Assembly (NCBI GenBank): GCA_963707875.1
Contig: CAVPRU010000014.1
Location: 149,767 to 213,766 of the forward strand
Direction of reading: 5' to 3'
Source of the DNA: an uncultured Gemmatimonadales bacterium
GTDB lineage: Bacteria; Gemmatimonadota; Gemmatimonadetes; Gemmatimonadales; GWC2-71-9
DNA length: 64,000 nt
The notes under the pieces were generated by a model that worked only from the letters and a program-made list of their open reading frames with translations, had not been told where the DNA came from and searched no databases. Every line of letters starts with the position of its first letter. Within the stretch, counting starts at the first letter, position 1. Made by a program: the position numbers and the translations under genes. This document shows, piece after piece, positions 9,608 through 19,489 of the stretch.

Positions 9608-10582
9608 TCAGCGGACCGGCTGAGCCTTCCGTGCCCCCGCCCCCTTGACCGGGGCCCGAAGACTCTTCACGGCGGCTCCCGGCCACCGGTCTTCGATCAG
9701 CAGCAGCACCGGTGAGGCAATGAAGATCGAGGAGAAGGTGGCGGTGAAGACCGAGAAGAACATGACCAGCGCGAAGGGCCGGATCACCTCACCGGCAAAG
9801 ATGGCCAGCGCGCCCAGAGTCACCAGGGTGGTCCCGTGGGTCAGGATGCTCCGCGGCAGGGTCTCGTTGATCGAGAGGTTGAGCACCTCCGACAGTCCCT
9901 TGCCCTTCACCTTGTGCAAGTTCTCACGCACTCGATCGAAGATGATGATCGTGTCGTTCAGCGAGTAGCCGACCATGGAGAGGATCGCCGCCACCACCAC
10001 CAGGCTGACCTCCAGATTCATGAAGGCGATGAAGCCGATGGTGGTCGCCAGATCGTGGGCGGTGGCCACCACGGCGGCCAGCCCGAAGCGCCACTCGAAC
10101 CGGAAGGCGAGGTAGATCAGCACCGCGAAGAACGACAGGAAGATGGCGACCAGCGCCTTCTGCCGGAGCTCGCCACCGACCTTCGGGCCGACCGCCTCCC
10201 TCGACTCGATGACATAGTTGCCCGCGCCCAGCACCGCATCGAGCCCGACGGCAATCGCGGAAGCCGTCTCCTGGGTGTTGTCGGCATCGCTGCCTTCCTT
10301 CGCGGTCCGGGCCCGGATCACGTAGTCGGTCTGGCTCCCGAGGGACTGGATCTCGGCACCCCGGATCCCCTGCTGATCGAGGCCGGCCCGCAAGGCCACG
10401 ACGTCCAGCGCCGCGGGAGTGGTGATGCGGACCATGGTCCCGCCGGTGAACTCGACGCTGTAATTGAGGCCCCGGAGCCCCAGCGCGATGAGCCCGATGG
10501 CAAGCACGATCGCGGTGACGGTATACGCGATCCGGCGCACCCCGATGAAGTCGTAATTCGCGTGGGCGAAGAAGCGAACCAT
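9608..10582 (-). CDS. secF: protein translocase subunit SecF
   Basis: 324 aa: GLNYSVEFTGGT...IIFDRVRENL...; multi-TM SecF pattern. Confidence 0.95.
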   Translation of the reverse strand: MVRFFAHANYDFIGVRRIAYTVTAIVLAIGLIALGLRGLNYSVEFTGGTMVRITTPAALDVVALRAGLDQQGIRGAEIQSLGSQTDYVIRARTAKEGSDADNTQETASAIAVGLDAVLGAGNYVIESREAVGPKVGGELRQKALVAIFLSFFAVLIYLAFRFEWRFGLAAVVATAHDLATTIGFIAFMNLEVSLVVVAAILSMVGYSLNDTIIIFDRVRENLHKVKGKGLSEVLNLSINETLPRSILTHGTTLVTLGALAIFAGEVIRPFALVMFFSVFTATFSSIFIASPVLLLIEDRWPGAAVKSLRAPVKGAGARKAQPVR

Positions 10583-10583
10583 A

Positions 10584-12206
10584 TCAGATACTCAGCGTTT
10601 CCAGCGCCGGACGGCGCTGCAGCCAGAGAAGGAAGAAGGTCCGGGTCACGAAGATCGCGGTGATCATCGAGGCCACGATACCCATGATCAGGGTGATGGC
10701 GAAGCCCTTGACCGGCCCGGTCCCGAACTGGAACAGGAACAGGGCGGTGATGGCGGTACTGACGTTGGAGTCGATGATGGCCGACATCGCGTGCTTGAAC
10801 CCTTCGTCCACGGCCAGTCGGACCGTCTTGCCGAGGATCAGCTCCTCCCGGATCCGTTCGAAGATCAGCACGTTGGCGTCGACCGCGATCCCGACCGACA
10901 GCACCAGACCGGCGAGGCCGGGCAGAGTGAGGGTGGCCTCGAGCATGGCCAGTCCACCCAGGGCGAACAGGATATAGAGCCCGAGCCCGGCCACCGCGAG
11001 CACCCCGGCCATCCGGTAGTAGCCGACCATGATCGAGATGACGAGCAGGGTGCCGACCAGGCCGGCCGTGATCCCCTGGCGAATGGAGTCGCGGCCCAGG
11101 CTGGGACCGACCTGAAACTCCTCCACGATCTTGAGGGGCACCGGCAGCGAGCCCGCCTTGAGGGTCAGCGCCAGGTCCTGGGCCTCCTGAAGGCTCCGAT
11201 TGGTGAGGGTGATCTGCCCCCGAGCATCGATCCGGCTCTGAATGATCGGTGGCTGGCCCTGCACGAAGTCATCGAGCACGATGGCCATGTGATCGCCGAC
11301 GTGCCGTCCGGTTTCCGCCCCGAACTTGCGGGCCCCGGCCCGATTCAGCTCGAAGATGACGATTGGTCCGTTGCTGATCGGGTCGAGCTGGGCGGACGCG
11401 TTGATCAGGCTGGCCCCCGTGATAATCGGCCGATCCTCCAGCGCGTACAACGATCGATAGCTCTCCACCCCGAGGCTGACGGGGGCATTGGCCCACCGCA
11501 GCTCCACGCTGCGGGGCAACAGCTGCTGGATCTCCTGGAGGCTCAGCATGCTGTCCACCCTGGGATACGCCGACTCCAGCACCAGGTACTCCCCCGGCAG
11601 CTGGCCGCTGGCCACCACCAGGGCGGAGAGGATTGCCGGCCCGGTGTCCACCTTGCTGCTGTCACCGGCGGTGCTGTCGCTTCCGAGGAGTTGCTCGACG
11701 GCCGACGGAGCCTGCCGGCTGCCCTCGCCGCCCTGGACGCCCAGACCCCGCAGGACCCGGTCGATCGCCGGCATTGCGTTGTCCAGAGCCTGGGTCTTGT
11801 CGGTAATCCGGAATTCGAGGAAGGCGCTTTTCTGAACGATGGCCTTGGCCCGTCCCGGATCGGTCAGGCCGGCCAGTTCGACCACGATCCTTGAGCTGCC
11901 CGACTTCTGGACGACCGGCTCGGCCACGCCAAACTCATCGATGCGCTTTCGGAGTACGGTCAGCGCCAGGTCGATGTCGTTCTCGACGTTGGTAGAGACT
12001 CGTTTCTCCTGGTCGAGCTCCAGCCCGAGGTGCATCCCCCCTCGGAGGTCGAGCCCCAGTTTCAGGGGTACCCGGGTGACCCGGACGTCGCGCATCACGC
12101 CGTCCTCGCCCCGTTCCCGGGTCGTCTGATCCCGGGGAAAGAGGTGGAAGATCGAGAGGGCAACCAGTGCCCCGATGCCCAGCAGTCGTTTGGTGATCGG
12201 TGCCAT
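10584..12206 (-). CDS. secD: protein translocase subunit SecD
   Basis: From MAPITKRLLGIGALVALSIF (aa 95 of ORF 10584..12488): LGLDLRGGMHL...IVLDDFV...IDANVLIFERIREE. The first 94 aa of the ORF overlap ribF and are Arg/Gly-rich. Confidence 0.9.
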   Translation of the reverse strand: MAPITKRLLGIGALVALSIFHLFPRDQTTRERGEDGVMRDVRVTRVPLKLGLDLRGGMHLGLELDQEKRVSTNVENDIDLALTVLRKRIDEFGVAEPVVQKSGSSRIVVELAGLTDPGRAKAIVQKSAFLEFRITDKTQALDNAMPAIDRVLRGLGVQGGEGSRQAPSAVEQLLGSDSTAGDSSKVDTGPAILSALVVASGQLPGEYLVLESAYPRVDSMLSLQEIQQLLPRSVELRWANAPVSLGVESYRSLYALEDRPIITGASLINASAQLDPISNGPIVIFELNRAGARKFGAETGRHVGDHMAIVLDDFVQGQPPIIQSRIDARGQITLTNRSLQEAQDLALTLKAGSLPVPLKIVEEFQVGPSLGRDSIRQGITAGLVGTLLVISIMVGYYRMAGVLAVAGLGLYILFALGGLAMLEATLTLPGLAGLVLSVGIAVDANVLIFERIREELILGKTVRLAVDEGFKHAMSAIIDSNVSTAITALFLFQFGTGPVKGFAITLIMGIVASMITAIFVTRTFFLLWLQRRPALETLSI

Positions 12207-12208
12207 CG

Positions 12209-13180
12209 TCAGTCGTCCCCAGGTATCCCCTCGGGCCGCGGGCTGGTGCGGAGGATCTCCTCCGCCCGAGCGCGGTCGTTGAACAATTGTCGCTGGAGCG
12301 CCTGGAGGGATGCAAACCTCCGGATGCCGCGCAGCCGCTGTACCCATTCCACCCGCACCGGCGCCCCATACAGGTCTGGCTCGACGCCAAACAGGTGCAC
12401 TTCCACGGTCTGACCGGTCTCCCCCACGGTGGGACGCGGGCCCTGATTCAGCATCCCGCCGACCCGGCCACCGGCCCACTCGACCCACACCCCGTAGACC
12501 CCGTCCGGCGGGAGCAGCTTCCGGGAGGGCACCGCCAGGTTGGCGGTCGGCACCCCGATGGTCCTTCCCCGCCCGGCCCCCGGAACGACTACGGCGGAGA
12601 GCCGGTACGGTCGGCCGAGGAGGCGGGCGGCCAGCTCCAGCTGGCCCCGTGTCACCGCCTCCCGGATCCGGGTACTCGACACCAACCCCACCACCGGATC
12701 CACCACCGGCGGCACCACGTCCACCGTGAAGCCCAACTCGGCGCCCAGCCGGTTCAGCAGCGCCGCGTCCCCCTGACGCCCCCGGCCGAAGCCGTGGTCC
12801 TCGCCGATGACCAATTCCCGCATGCCCAACCGCGCCAGCAGAATATCCCGCACAAACTGCCCGGGTGGCAGAGTCCTGAGCCCCTCATCGAACTGCAGGA
12901 GGACCGCCCGATGGAGGCCGGTCTCCGCCAGGATTTCCCGACGCTCCACGTCGGTCGTCAACCGCCTGGGCGCCGTCGCCGGGTTGACCACTTCCATCGG
13001 GTGTGGTTCAAAGGTCACCAGCACGCTCTGGCGTCCGGTGACCGCCGCCCGCCGAGTGATCTCACGCAGCACCGCAAGATGTCCCCGGTGCACCCCGTCG
13101 AAGGAGCCCACGGTGACCACCGTTTCGGCCGCTCCCGTCGGCTCGGTCACAGCGGCTCCAGCACCAGCCGCGGACGCCAC
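12209..13180 (-). CDS. ribF: bifunctional riboflavin kinase / FMN adenylyltransferase
   Basis: VTVGSFDGVHRGHLAVL...GEDHGFGRGRQG...VSSTRIREA...GRTIGVPTANL. Confidence 0.9.
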   Translation of the reverse strand: MASAAGAGAAVTEPTGAAETVVTVGSFDGVHRGHLAVLREITRRAAVTGRQSVLVTFEPHPMEVVNPATAPRRLTTDVERREILAETGLHRAVLLQFDEGLRTLPPGQFVRDILLARLGMRELVIGEDHGFGRGRQGDAALLNRLGAELGFTVDVVPPVVDPVVGLVSSTRIREAVTRGQLELAARLLGRPYRLSAVVVPGAGRGRTIGVPTANLAVPSRKLLPPDGVYGVWVEWAGGRVGGMLNQGPRPTVGETGQTVEVHLFGVEPDLYGAPVRVEWVQRLRGIRRFASLQALQRQLFNDRARAEEILRTSPRPEGIPGDD

Positions 13181-13986
13181 CGGTCACCCTGCCCTTCACC
13201 CACGGCCACGAGTCGCCCCTCCCACATCAGGCCTACCTCGCCGGCGGCCTGCGCCCGGAAAACCGCCCGCCCGTGGCCGACATCCTGCCGCTCCTCCGCC
13301 GTCAACTGGAGCCTCGGCAGATCCGGCACCAGGCTCTCCGGCAGGAGCGGCACCACACCGGGGCGGAGGGCCTCCAGCGGGGTCGCCTGCTCCACCCGGT
13401 GGGGGCCGATCGCCGTGCGGCGCAGCGAACGCAGGTGCCCTCCCAACCCGAGCCGCTCCCCGATGTCCCGCCCCAGGGCCCGGATATAGGTCCCCGTCGA
13501 CACGTCCGCCTCGAAGGTCAGGATCGGCGGATTCCAGTCGGTTGCCTCCAGCCGGTACACCGTCACCAGCGTCTCCGGCAACTGCACCGGTTGGCCCGAG
13601 CGGGCCAGACGGTAGGCCCGCCGGCCATCAACCCGCCGGGCACTGAAGGCCGGCGGCCGCTGCTGCCGTACTCCCCGGAACTGGTCCAGGACCGCCTCCA
13701 CCGCCTGTTGATCGGGCCAGGCCACAGGAGTCTGTCCCCCCGTGACCCTCCCCTCCGCGTCGTCGGTGTCGGTCGTCACCCCGATCACCGTCTCGGCGCG
13801 GTAGCACTTGGGATACCGCTTCACCAACCGCGCCATTCTCGTCGCCGGACCGACCATCAGGATGAGCAGGCCCGTCGCAAACGGATCGAGGGTTCCCGCA
13901 TGGCCCACCGCCCTGGTCCCCAAGGCCCGCCGGGCGGCGGCCACCACATCGTGCGAGGTCGGTCCGGCTGGCTTGTCCACCGGCAA
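13147..13986 (-). CDS. truB: tRNA pseudouridine(55) synthase
   Basis: PVDKPAGPTSHDVVAAARRALGTRAVGHAGTLDPFATGLLILMVG. TTG start at 13986, written as M in the track. Confidence 0.9.
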   Translation of the reverse strand: MPVDKPAGPTSHDVVAAARRALGTRAVGHAGTLDPFATGLLILMVGPATRMARLVKRYPKCYRAETVIGVTTDTDDAEGRVTGGQTPVAWPDQQAVEAVLDQFRGVRQQRPPAFSARRVDGRRAYRLARSGQPVQLPETLVTVYRLEATDWNPPILTFEADVSTGTYIRALGRDIGERLGLGGHLRSLRRTAIGPHRVEQATPLEALRPGVVPLLPESLVPDLPRLQLTAEERQDVGHGRAVFRAQAAGEVGLMWEGRLVAVGEGQGDRWRPRLVLEPL

Positions 13987-13994
13987 CCAGCCGA

Positions 13995-14351
13995 TCAGAC
14001 CTCATCTCCTTGTCGGAGGGACGCCAGCAACTGGTCAATCCGGGCGGCGTGCTCCTGACCCCGGTCGAGCTCGAAGACAATTTCCGGCGCCACCCGGGTG
14101 GTCAGCACCTTGGCCACCTTGGTGCGGAGGAATCCCGCCGCACTGCGGAGGCCCTCCATGACCTGGTCCGCATCCACCCCGTCGCCGGTAATCACCCGGA
14201 CCCGGGCCCGGGACAGGTCCGGGGTAACCGTCACGGCGGTAATGGTGACCCGGCCGACCCGGGGATCGCGGATTTCCTGGATCAACGCTTCGCCGAGCAC
14301 CTGCCGCACCGTCTCGGCGACCTGACCACTCCGGTGGGTGTTCTTCTTCAT
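13995..14351 (-). CDS. rbfA: ribosome-binding factor A
   Basis: MKKNTHRSGQVAETVRQVLGEALIQEIRDPRVGRVTITAVTVTPDLSRARV. Start taken at the internal ATG 14351, just after the infB stop at 14356. Confidence 0.9.
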   Translation of the reverse strand: MKKNTHRSGQVAETVRQVLGEALIQEIRDPRVGRVTITAVTVTPDLSRARVRVITGDGVDADQVMEGLRSAAGFLRTKVAKVLTTRVAPEIVFELDRGQEHAARIDQLLASLRQGDEV

Positions 14352-14355
14352 CCGG

Positions 14356-17073
14356 CTACTCCCCTTCAGCCGCCACGTCACCGAGTGTCCGGCGGACTTC
14401 CTCGACCTTGAAGGCCTCGATCCGATCGCCCACCTTCAGGTCGTTGTAGTTCTCGACTCCGATCCCGCACTCAAGACCTTCGCGGACTTCCTTGACGTCG
14501 TCCTTGAACCGCTTGAGGCTGCTGAGTCCGCCGGCGTACACCGCGACGCCATCCCGAACCACGCGGACCTTGGCGGTCCGGGTGATGGTTCCCTCGCGCA
14601 CGGTACAACCGGCGATGGTCCCCACCCGGGAGATCTTGAAGATTTCGAGCACCTCGGCCTCGCCCAGCACGACCTCCTTCTGGGTCGGCTTGAGCATGCC
14701 TTCGAGCGCCAGCCGCATCTCATCCACCGCTTCGTAGATGACCCGATAGGTCCGGACGTCCACCGACTCCCGCTCGGCCGCCGCCCGCGCATTGGCGTCG
14801 GGGCGAACATGGAACCCGAGGATGATGGCCCCCGACGCCTTGGCCAGGAGCACGTCGCTCTCGGTGATGGCGCCGACGCCCCGGTGGATGACATCGACCC
14901 GCACTTCCGCGGTGCTGAGCTGGCCCAGGGCATCGGCCAGCGCTTCCGCCGGACCGCCCTGGTCGGCTTTGATGATGATGGCCAGGTTGCTGATCTCGCC
15001 GGCCTGGAGGGCGCGGGAGATGTCCTCGAGAGTGCCGCCCCGCTGACTGCGGCGGTTCTGCGCCTCCCGCTCGAGCCGCTGCCGCTTTTGGGCGATCTCT
15101 CGCGCCTGGCCCGCGTCGGCCACCACCATGAAGGTGTCACCGGCGGAGGGGACGCCCTCAAACCCGAGGACCTGGACGGGCACCGACGGGCCGGCGGACT
15201 TGACCGTGTTGCCCCGTTCGTCAAACAGCGCCCGGACCCGCCCGGAAAACTTGCCGCAGATGAAATTGTCGCCAGCGACCAGGGTCCCTCGCCGGACCAG
15301 CACGGTGGCCAGGGGGCCCTTGCCGGGATCGAGGGTGGCCTCGAGGACCGCGCCCTGCGCCGCCCCCACCGGGCTGGCCTTGAGGTCGAGGATCTCGGCC
15401 TGGAGGAGCACCTGCTCCAGCAGCTGGGGAACCCCCTTGCCGGTCTTGGCCGACAGCTCGACGCAGAGCACCTGTCCGCCGAACTCCTCCAGCACCACGT
15501 TGTGCTGGAGCAGGTCCTGCTTGACCTTGGGGATGTTGGCGGAAGGCAGATCCACCTTGTTGATGGCGACCACCATGGGCACCCCGGCGTTCTTGGCGTG
15601 GCTGATGGCCTCGATCGTCTGGGGCATTACCTGGTCGTCGGCCGCGATCACCAGCACCACGATATCCGTGACCTGGGCCCCGCGGGCCCGCATCGCGGTG
15701 AAGGCTTCGTGACCAGGGGTATCCAGGAAGGTGAGGACCTTGCCATCCGCCACTTCGACATTGTACGCGCCGATGTGCTGGGTGATGCCCCCGGCCTCAC
15801 CGGCGACGATATTGGCCTTCCGGATGAAGTCGAGCAGTGAGGTCTTGCCGTGGTCGACGTGGCCCATGATGGTCACCACCGGCGGCCGGGGCTCCGGAGT
15901 GCCCTCCTCCTCCACGACGACGTCGGCCACATCGGCCATGTACTCGTCTTCCCGGACCGCCTCGAACCCGAACGCCCCGGCAATCAACTCGATCTGGTCG
16001 AAGTCGAGCCGCTGGTTCATGGTCACCATCAGGCCCAGTTCCTTGAAAGCGAACTGGACGATCTGGCTGGGGGACACCTTCATGATATCGGCCAGCTCCG
16101 AGACCGAGATGAACTCGTTCACCCGGATCCGGGTCTTCTCCCGCTCCCGCTCTTCGGCCGCGAGGCCGGCCATCATGTCCCGATACGACGGATCGTCGGA
16201 CCGTCCCCGCTTGCGCCCACCACCACCACGAATGCCGGCGAGGGTCTTGAGGATGTTGGCCTGCACCACATCCTGGTCCACGTCAGGCCGACGGTTGCGG
16301 CGTCCCTTCTTGCGGGCTCCGCCGGCGCCGCCCCCACCACCGGGCTTCGGCGCCTCGGTCGGACGGGAACTCGGGGGCGATGCCCCGGGCCGTCCGCCTC
16401 GCGGCGGGGCCGGACTGGCGGAACTGAAGACCGGCCGGGGCCCGCCCTCGGGACGACGAACCCGCGGCGGAATGAACGGCGGCTTGGCCGCTGGAGGCGC
16501 GGCGCTTCTGGCGCTGGGGAGCGGAGTGGTCGGTGGGGTGGCCGCCACGGCTGGCTTGGACTTGGGCTCTGCCGGCGCCGGCTCGGGGACGGAGGCTTCA
16601 AGGCTCGCGGCCTCGGGCTCGTCCTTGAACAGCACCCGGGCCCGCTCCTGAATGGTCGGCATCGGCTCGCCCGACTTGGGCTCCGGCACCTCGAAGGCGA
16701 TCTGGCTCCGCTCCTTCTCGAACACCAGAGCCTCTTCGGCGGCCTGGGCGGCCTCGGCCTGCGCCACCGCCTCGGCTTCGGCCACTTCGGCGGCCGTCCG
16801 GCGGCGCCGGGTCGGGCGCGCAGCCACCGGAGCAACCTCCGGTGGTGCCTCCGCTTCCGCCTTCTTCCGCCGGGCGGCCTTGGCCTTCTTCGGGGGCGCC
16901 GCGGCGCGGCGCTTTTCCCGCTCCCAGCGCACCCGGACGGCAGCGACCTGCCCGTCGTCCAGCGACGAGGTCGCGCCACGGGCGGTGACGCCCATCTCGC
17001 GGAGCACGGGCAGCAATTCCGCCGAGGGAACGCCGAATTCCTTGGCCAGGTCCTGCACCTTGGTCTTGACCAC
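14356..17073 (-). CDS. infB: translation initiation factor IF-2
   Basis: 905 aa: [14 protein letters not shown]..., an Ala/Pro/Arg-rich N-domain, and the GTPase core [17 protein letters not shown]...DTPGHEAF...NKVD. GTG start preceded by GGAGGAG. Confidence 0.97.
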   Translation of the reverse strand: MVKTKVQDLAKEFGVPSAELLPVLREMGVTARGATSSLDDGQVAAVRVRWEREKRRAAAPPKKAKAARRKKAEAEAPPEVAPVAARPTRRRRTAAEVAEAEAVAQAEAAQAAEEALVFEKERSQIAFEVPEPKSGEPMPTIQERARVLFKDEPEAASLEASVPEPAPAEPKSKPAVAATPPTTPLPSARSAAPPAAKPPFIPPRVRRPEGGPRPVFSSASPAPPRGGRPGASPPSSRPTEAPKPGGGGGAGGARKKGRRNRRPDVDQDVVQANILKTLAGIRGGGGRKRGRSDDPSYRDMMAGLAAEEREREKTRIRVNEFISVSELADIMKVSPSQIVQFAFKELGLMVTMNQRLDFDQIELIAGAFGFEAVREDEYMADVADVVVEEEGTPEPRPPVVTIMGHVDHGKTSLLDFIRKANIVAGEAGGITQHIGAYNVEVADGKVLTFLDTPGHEAFTAMRARGAQVTDIVVLVIAADDQVMPQTIEAISHAKNAGVPMVVAINKVDLPSANIPKVKQDLLQHNVVLEEFGGQVLCVELSAKTGKGVPQLLEQVLLQAEILDLKASPVGAAQGAVLEATLDPGKGPLATVLVRRGTLVAGDNFICGKFSGRVRALFDERGNTVKSAGPSVPVQVLGFEGVPSAGDTFMVVADAGQAREIAQKRQRLEREAQNRRSQRGGTLEDISRALQAGEISNLAIIIKADQGGPAEALADALGQLSTAEVRVDVIHRGVGAITESDVLLAKASGAIILGFHVRPDANARAAAERESVDVRTYRVIYEAVDEMRLALEGMLKPTQKEVVLGEAEVLEIFKISRVGTIAGCTVREGTITRTAKVRVVRDGVAVYAGGLSSLKRFKDDVKEVREGLECGIGVENYNDLKVGDRIEAFKVEEVRRTLGDVAAEGE

Positions 17074-17394
17074 TCAGTCTCCTCCGTCTGACCCTGTCGC
17101 GGCGGCGCGGACAATGCCTTGCGCCAGACCGTCGTCCACTATCCCAACCACCATCACCGGCGGCCGACCCAGTGCCTGCCCCATGGCGTCGGCCACCGGT
17201 CCTGTCACCATCCGGATTCCACGACCCTGCGCCAGTCGGACGACCTTTTCGATCGCCCTTGGCGAGATATCGCTCGCGGTCACCAAACACCGGCAGCGCC
17301 CGCGCTGCAGCGCCGCCCGGACCGCGTCCACCCCAATCACCACCGCGCCGGCCCGCGCCCCAAGGCCCAGCAGGCCGAGGAGCCCGCCGCTCAT
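17074..17394 (-). CDS. L7Ae/YlxQ-family RNA-binding protein
   Basis: 106 aa in the conserved position between nusA and infB: LLGLGARAGAVVIGVDAVRAALQRGRCRCLVTASDISPRAIEKV. ATGA overlap with nusA. Confidence 0.7.
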   Translation of the reverse strand: MSGGLLGLLGLGARAGAVVIGVDAVRAALQRGRCRCLVTASDISPRAIEKVVRLAQGRGIRMVTGPVADAMGQALGRPPVMVVGIVDDGLAQGIVRAAATGSDGGD

Positions 17395-18782
17395 GCCGGC
17401 TGGGCGTCCTCCGGGCCGGTCGCCACTGGGGGAGCCCCTTCAGCCACGGCGGGGGCCGACGCGGGCAGCTCCGCCTCATCGACCTCCGCCGGCCCGACCA
17501 GCTCGGCCAGGAAGCCGAGAAGCTCGTTCGCCAGGGGTTCCGTCATCCCGGCGATCTTGAGCATGTCCTCCCGCTCCAGATCCAGGACATCATTGAGCAC
17601 CTTCAGCTTGGCCGCGGCCAGCGCCGCCACCAGTTCCGTCGAGAGCCCTTCCATCTCGGCCAGGGGGACCTGGCTGACCACATCCTCCTCGGCCAGCGGG
17701 GGCAAGGCGAACAGCGGACCTTCCCCGCCCCGATCCAGCCACTCCCGGCTGGAGTAGAGGTCGATCTTCCAGCCGGTCAGTTCGGAAGCGAGCCGTACGT
17801 TCTGGCCGTTCCGTCCAATGGCCAGCGAGAGCTGGTCCTCGTCGACCACTGCCTGAATCGTCTTGCTGACCGGATCGGAGAAGACCTTTGCTACCCGGGC
17901 CGGCGCGAGCGCCAGCCGGGCAAATCGCTCGGGATCCGGTGACCACGGCACAATGTCGATCCGCTCACCACTCAACTCATTCACGACCGCCTGGACCCGG
18001 GAGCCCTTGAGGCCGACGCAGGCCCCGACCGGATCGATCGCATCGTCCCGGCTGATGACCGCCACCTTGGTCCGGCTGCCGACTTCGCGAGCGATCCCCC
18101 GAATCTCCACGATGTCCTGGGCGATCTCCGGGACCTCGAGCCGGAACAGCGCGGCCACGAACCCCGGGTCAGCCCGGGAGAGGATCAGCCGGGGCCCCTT
18201 CGGGGTCTCTTCCAGTCGCTTGAGGACGGCCCGAATCGTGTCCCCCTGGTGGAAATGCTCCCGGTGATTCTGTTCGCGATAGGGGATGATGGCTTCGGCC
18301 TCGCGGAACTTGGCCAGCATCAGCACCAGCTTGCCGCGTTCGATCTGCTGGATCTCGCCGGACAGCAGCTCTCCGACTTTGTCGCCGAACTCGTCCCGGA
18401 TCTTGGTCCGCTCGCCCTCCCGGACCCGCTGGATGATCCGCTGCTTGGCGGCCTGAACGGCCAGCCGCCCGAACTCATGGAACGGGACATCCTCCTCCAG
18501 CACGTCGCCGACCGCAAAGTCGGGGTCGATGAACTGGGCCTCTTCAACGGTAACCTGCCAGGAGGGGTCTTCGACCTCCTCCACGACATGGCGCAGCCTG
18601 ACCACGCGGAGGATGCCCTGGAGCTCGTCCACCGTCAGCTCGAACTTGACGCCAGCCCCGAACTTCCGGGCCAGTGCCGCCTGAATCCCATCGGTCAGCA
18701 GGGCCAACAACTCGTTGCGCTCCAGCTGCTTGGCCTGGGTCAGTTCGCGAAAGGCGGCCAGCATCTCCGCGGATCCTGCCAT
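17391..18782 (-). CDS. nusA: transcription termination/antitermination factor NusA
   Basis: From [29 protein letters not shown] (aa 54 of ORF 17391..18941); S1 and KH regions [14 protein letters not shown]...[14 protein letters not shown]...[17 protein letters not shown] lies 5 nt upstream of ATG 18782. Confidence 0.95.
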   Translation of the reverse strand: MAGSAEMLAAFRELTQAKQLERNELLALLTDGIQAALARKFGAGVKFELTVDELQGILRVVRLRHVVEEVEDPSWQVTVEEAQFIDPDFAVGDVLEEDVPFHEFGRLAVQAAKQRIIQRVREGERTKIRDEFGDKVGELLSGEIQQIERGKLVLMLAKFREAEAIIPYREQNHREHFHQGDTIRAVLKRLEETPKGPRLILSRADPGFVAALFRLEVPEIAQDIVEIRGIAREVGSRTKVAVISRDDAIDPVGACVGLKGSRVQAVVNELSGERIDIVPWSPDPERFARLALAPARVAKVFSDPVSKTIQAVVDEDQLSLAIGRNGQNVRLASELTGWKIDLYSSREWLDRGGEGPLFALPPLAEEDVVSQVPLAEMEGLSTELVAALAAAKLKVLNDVLDLEREDMLKIAGMTEPLANELLGFLAELVGPAEVDEAELPASAPAVAEGAPPVATGPEDAQPA

Positions 18783-18959
18783 GGGGTCTCCTATGACCTG
18801 GTCCCGAGAGGCTAACCCTCCGGGATATCGTGTGTTACCCGCGCAGGTCCGGCTGGGAACAACCGGCGGTCGTCTCCGACCGGTGGCGTGGGTCGAGCGC
18901 TGCCACAAGAAGCCGGAAGCGGCTGGGGACGGCGGGCGCACAGGCCCCCCTATGGGGCC

Positions 18960-18986
18960 AAAAAAAATGTGGGGGAACCCCCCACA
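18960..18986 (-). terminator. rho-independent terminator in the nusA upstream region
   Basis: Minus strand UGUGGGGGG-UU-CCCCCACA followed by U8, seen on the plus strand as a8 then tgtgggggaaccccccaca. Confidence 0.7.
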
Positions 18987-19022
18987 TCCAACAGTACAGC
19001 AAGAACTTGGTTCCCCTGGAAC
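18960..19022 (-). ncRNA. candidate ~60-nt leader transcript or small RNA (promoter to terminator)
   Basis: Predicted from the promoter at 19029..19057 and the terminator at 18960..18986. Contains a 5' hairpin GUUCC-AGG-GGAAC. I recognise no RNA family. Confidence 0.35.
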
Positions 19023-19028
19023 AACGCA

Positions 19029-19057
19029 AATCTACCCCCGCCCCAACAGACCGTCAA
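19029..19057 (-). promoter_or_regulatory. sigma70-like promoter TTGACG-17-TAGATT
   Basis: Minus strand: TTGACG (19057..19052), a 17-nt spacer, TAGATT (19034..19029). It lies in the gap between the stop at 19086 and the terminator. Confidence 0.5.
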
Positions 19058-19085
19058 CCCGGCCCCACTCCCTGAGGCAGGATCC

Positions 19086-19445
19086 CTAGTTCGGGATGTT
19101 GGAGACGGTGACGACCTGACTGGCGGTTCCACTGTTCCCGACCGCATCGAAGGCCTGGGCCTTGAGCGTCACCGGACCGTTGGACCCGGGAACGGTGTTC
19201 CACTGGGTGGTCCAGGGCCGGGTGGTGTCCTCGAAGAGGACCTGATTCCCGACGGAGAAGATGACCCTTACCACGGCGACGTCATCGGTCGCGTCGGCCG
19301 CGAACTCGACGATGCCGCTGACGATCGGTCCCGCGGGCGAGGTGATGATGATGGTGGGCGGGCCGGCATCGGTCAGCCCGATCCCGAGGCAACCCACGAC
19401 CGCCACCGTTCCACCGGCCAGCAGCAAGGCAAGACGCAATCGCAT
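19086..19445 (-). CDS. small lipoprotein with bacterial Ig-like domain
   Basis: MRLRLALLLAGGTVAVVGC lipobox, then IIITSPAGPIVSGIVEFAADATDDVAVVRVIFSV...VTLKAQAFDAVGNSG. 119 aa taken from the internal ATG of ORF 19086..19838. Confidence 0.6.
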   Translation of the reverse strand: MRLRLALLLAGGTVAVVGCLGIGLTDAGPPTIIITSPAGPIVSGIVEFAADATDDVAVVRVIFSVGNQVLFEDTTRPWTTQWNTVPGSNGPVTLKAQAFDAVGNSGTASQVVTVSNIPN

Positions 19446-19489
19446 CGCTCCATCCTCCTGAGGGGGCCCCGCTTCGCAGAGGGGGAACC

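Noticed and set aside
12207-12488. 94-aa N-terminal extension of the secD ORF
   Set aside because: It overlaps the ribF 3' end in another frame and is Arg/Gly-rich. The internal MAPITKRLLGIGALVAL start gives a normal SecD N-terminal TM segment and abuts the ribF stop.
14338-17560. Several 300-500-aa ORFs on both strands overlapping infB and ylxQ (14338..15840+, 15850..17091+, 16173..17114-, 16598..17479-, 16652..17560+)
   Set aside because: All overlap the unambiguous IF-2 reading frame. Their compositions are dominated by Arg, Gly, Pro and Ala or by Asp, Leu, His and Gly in patterns typical of off-frame or antisense translation. No motifs are present.
18968-18986. The GC hairpin considered as a plus-strand terminator
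   Set aside because: On the plus strand the A/T run precedes rather than follows the hairpin, and no plus-strand gene ends nearby. The geometry only fits minus-strand termination.
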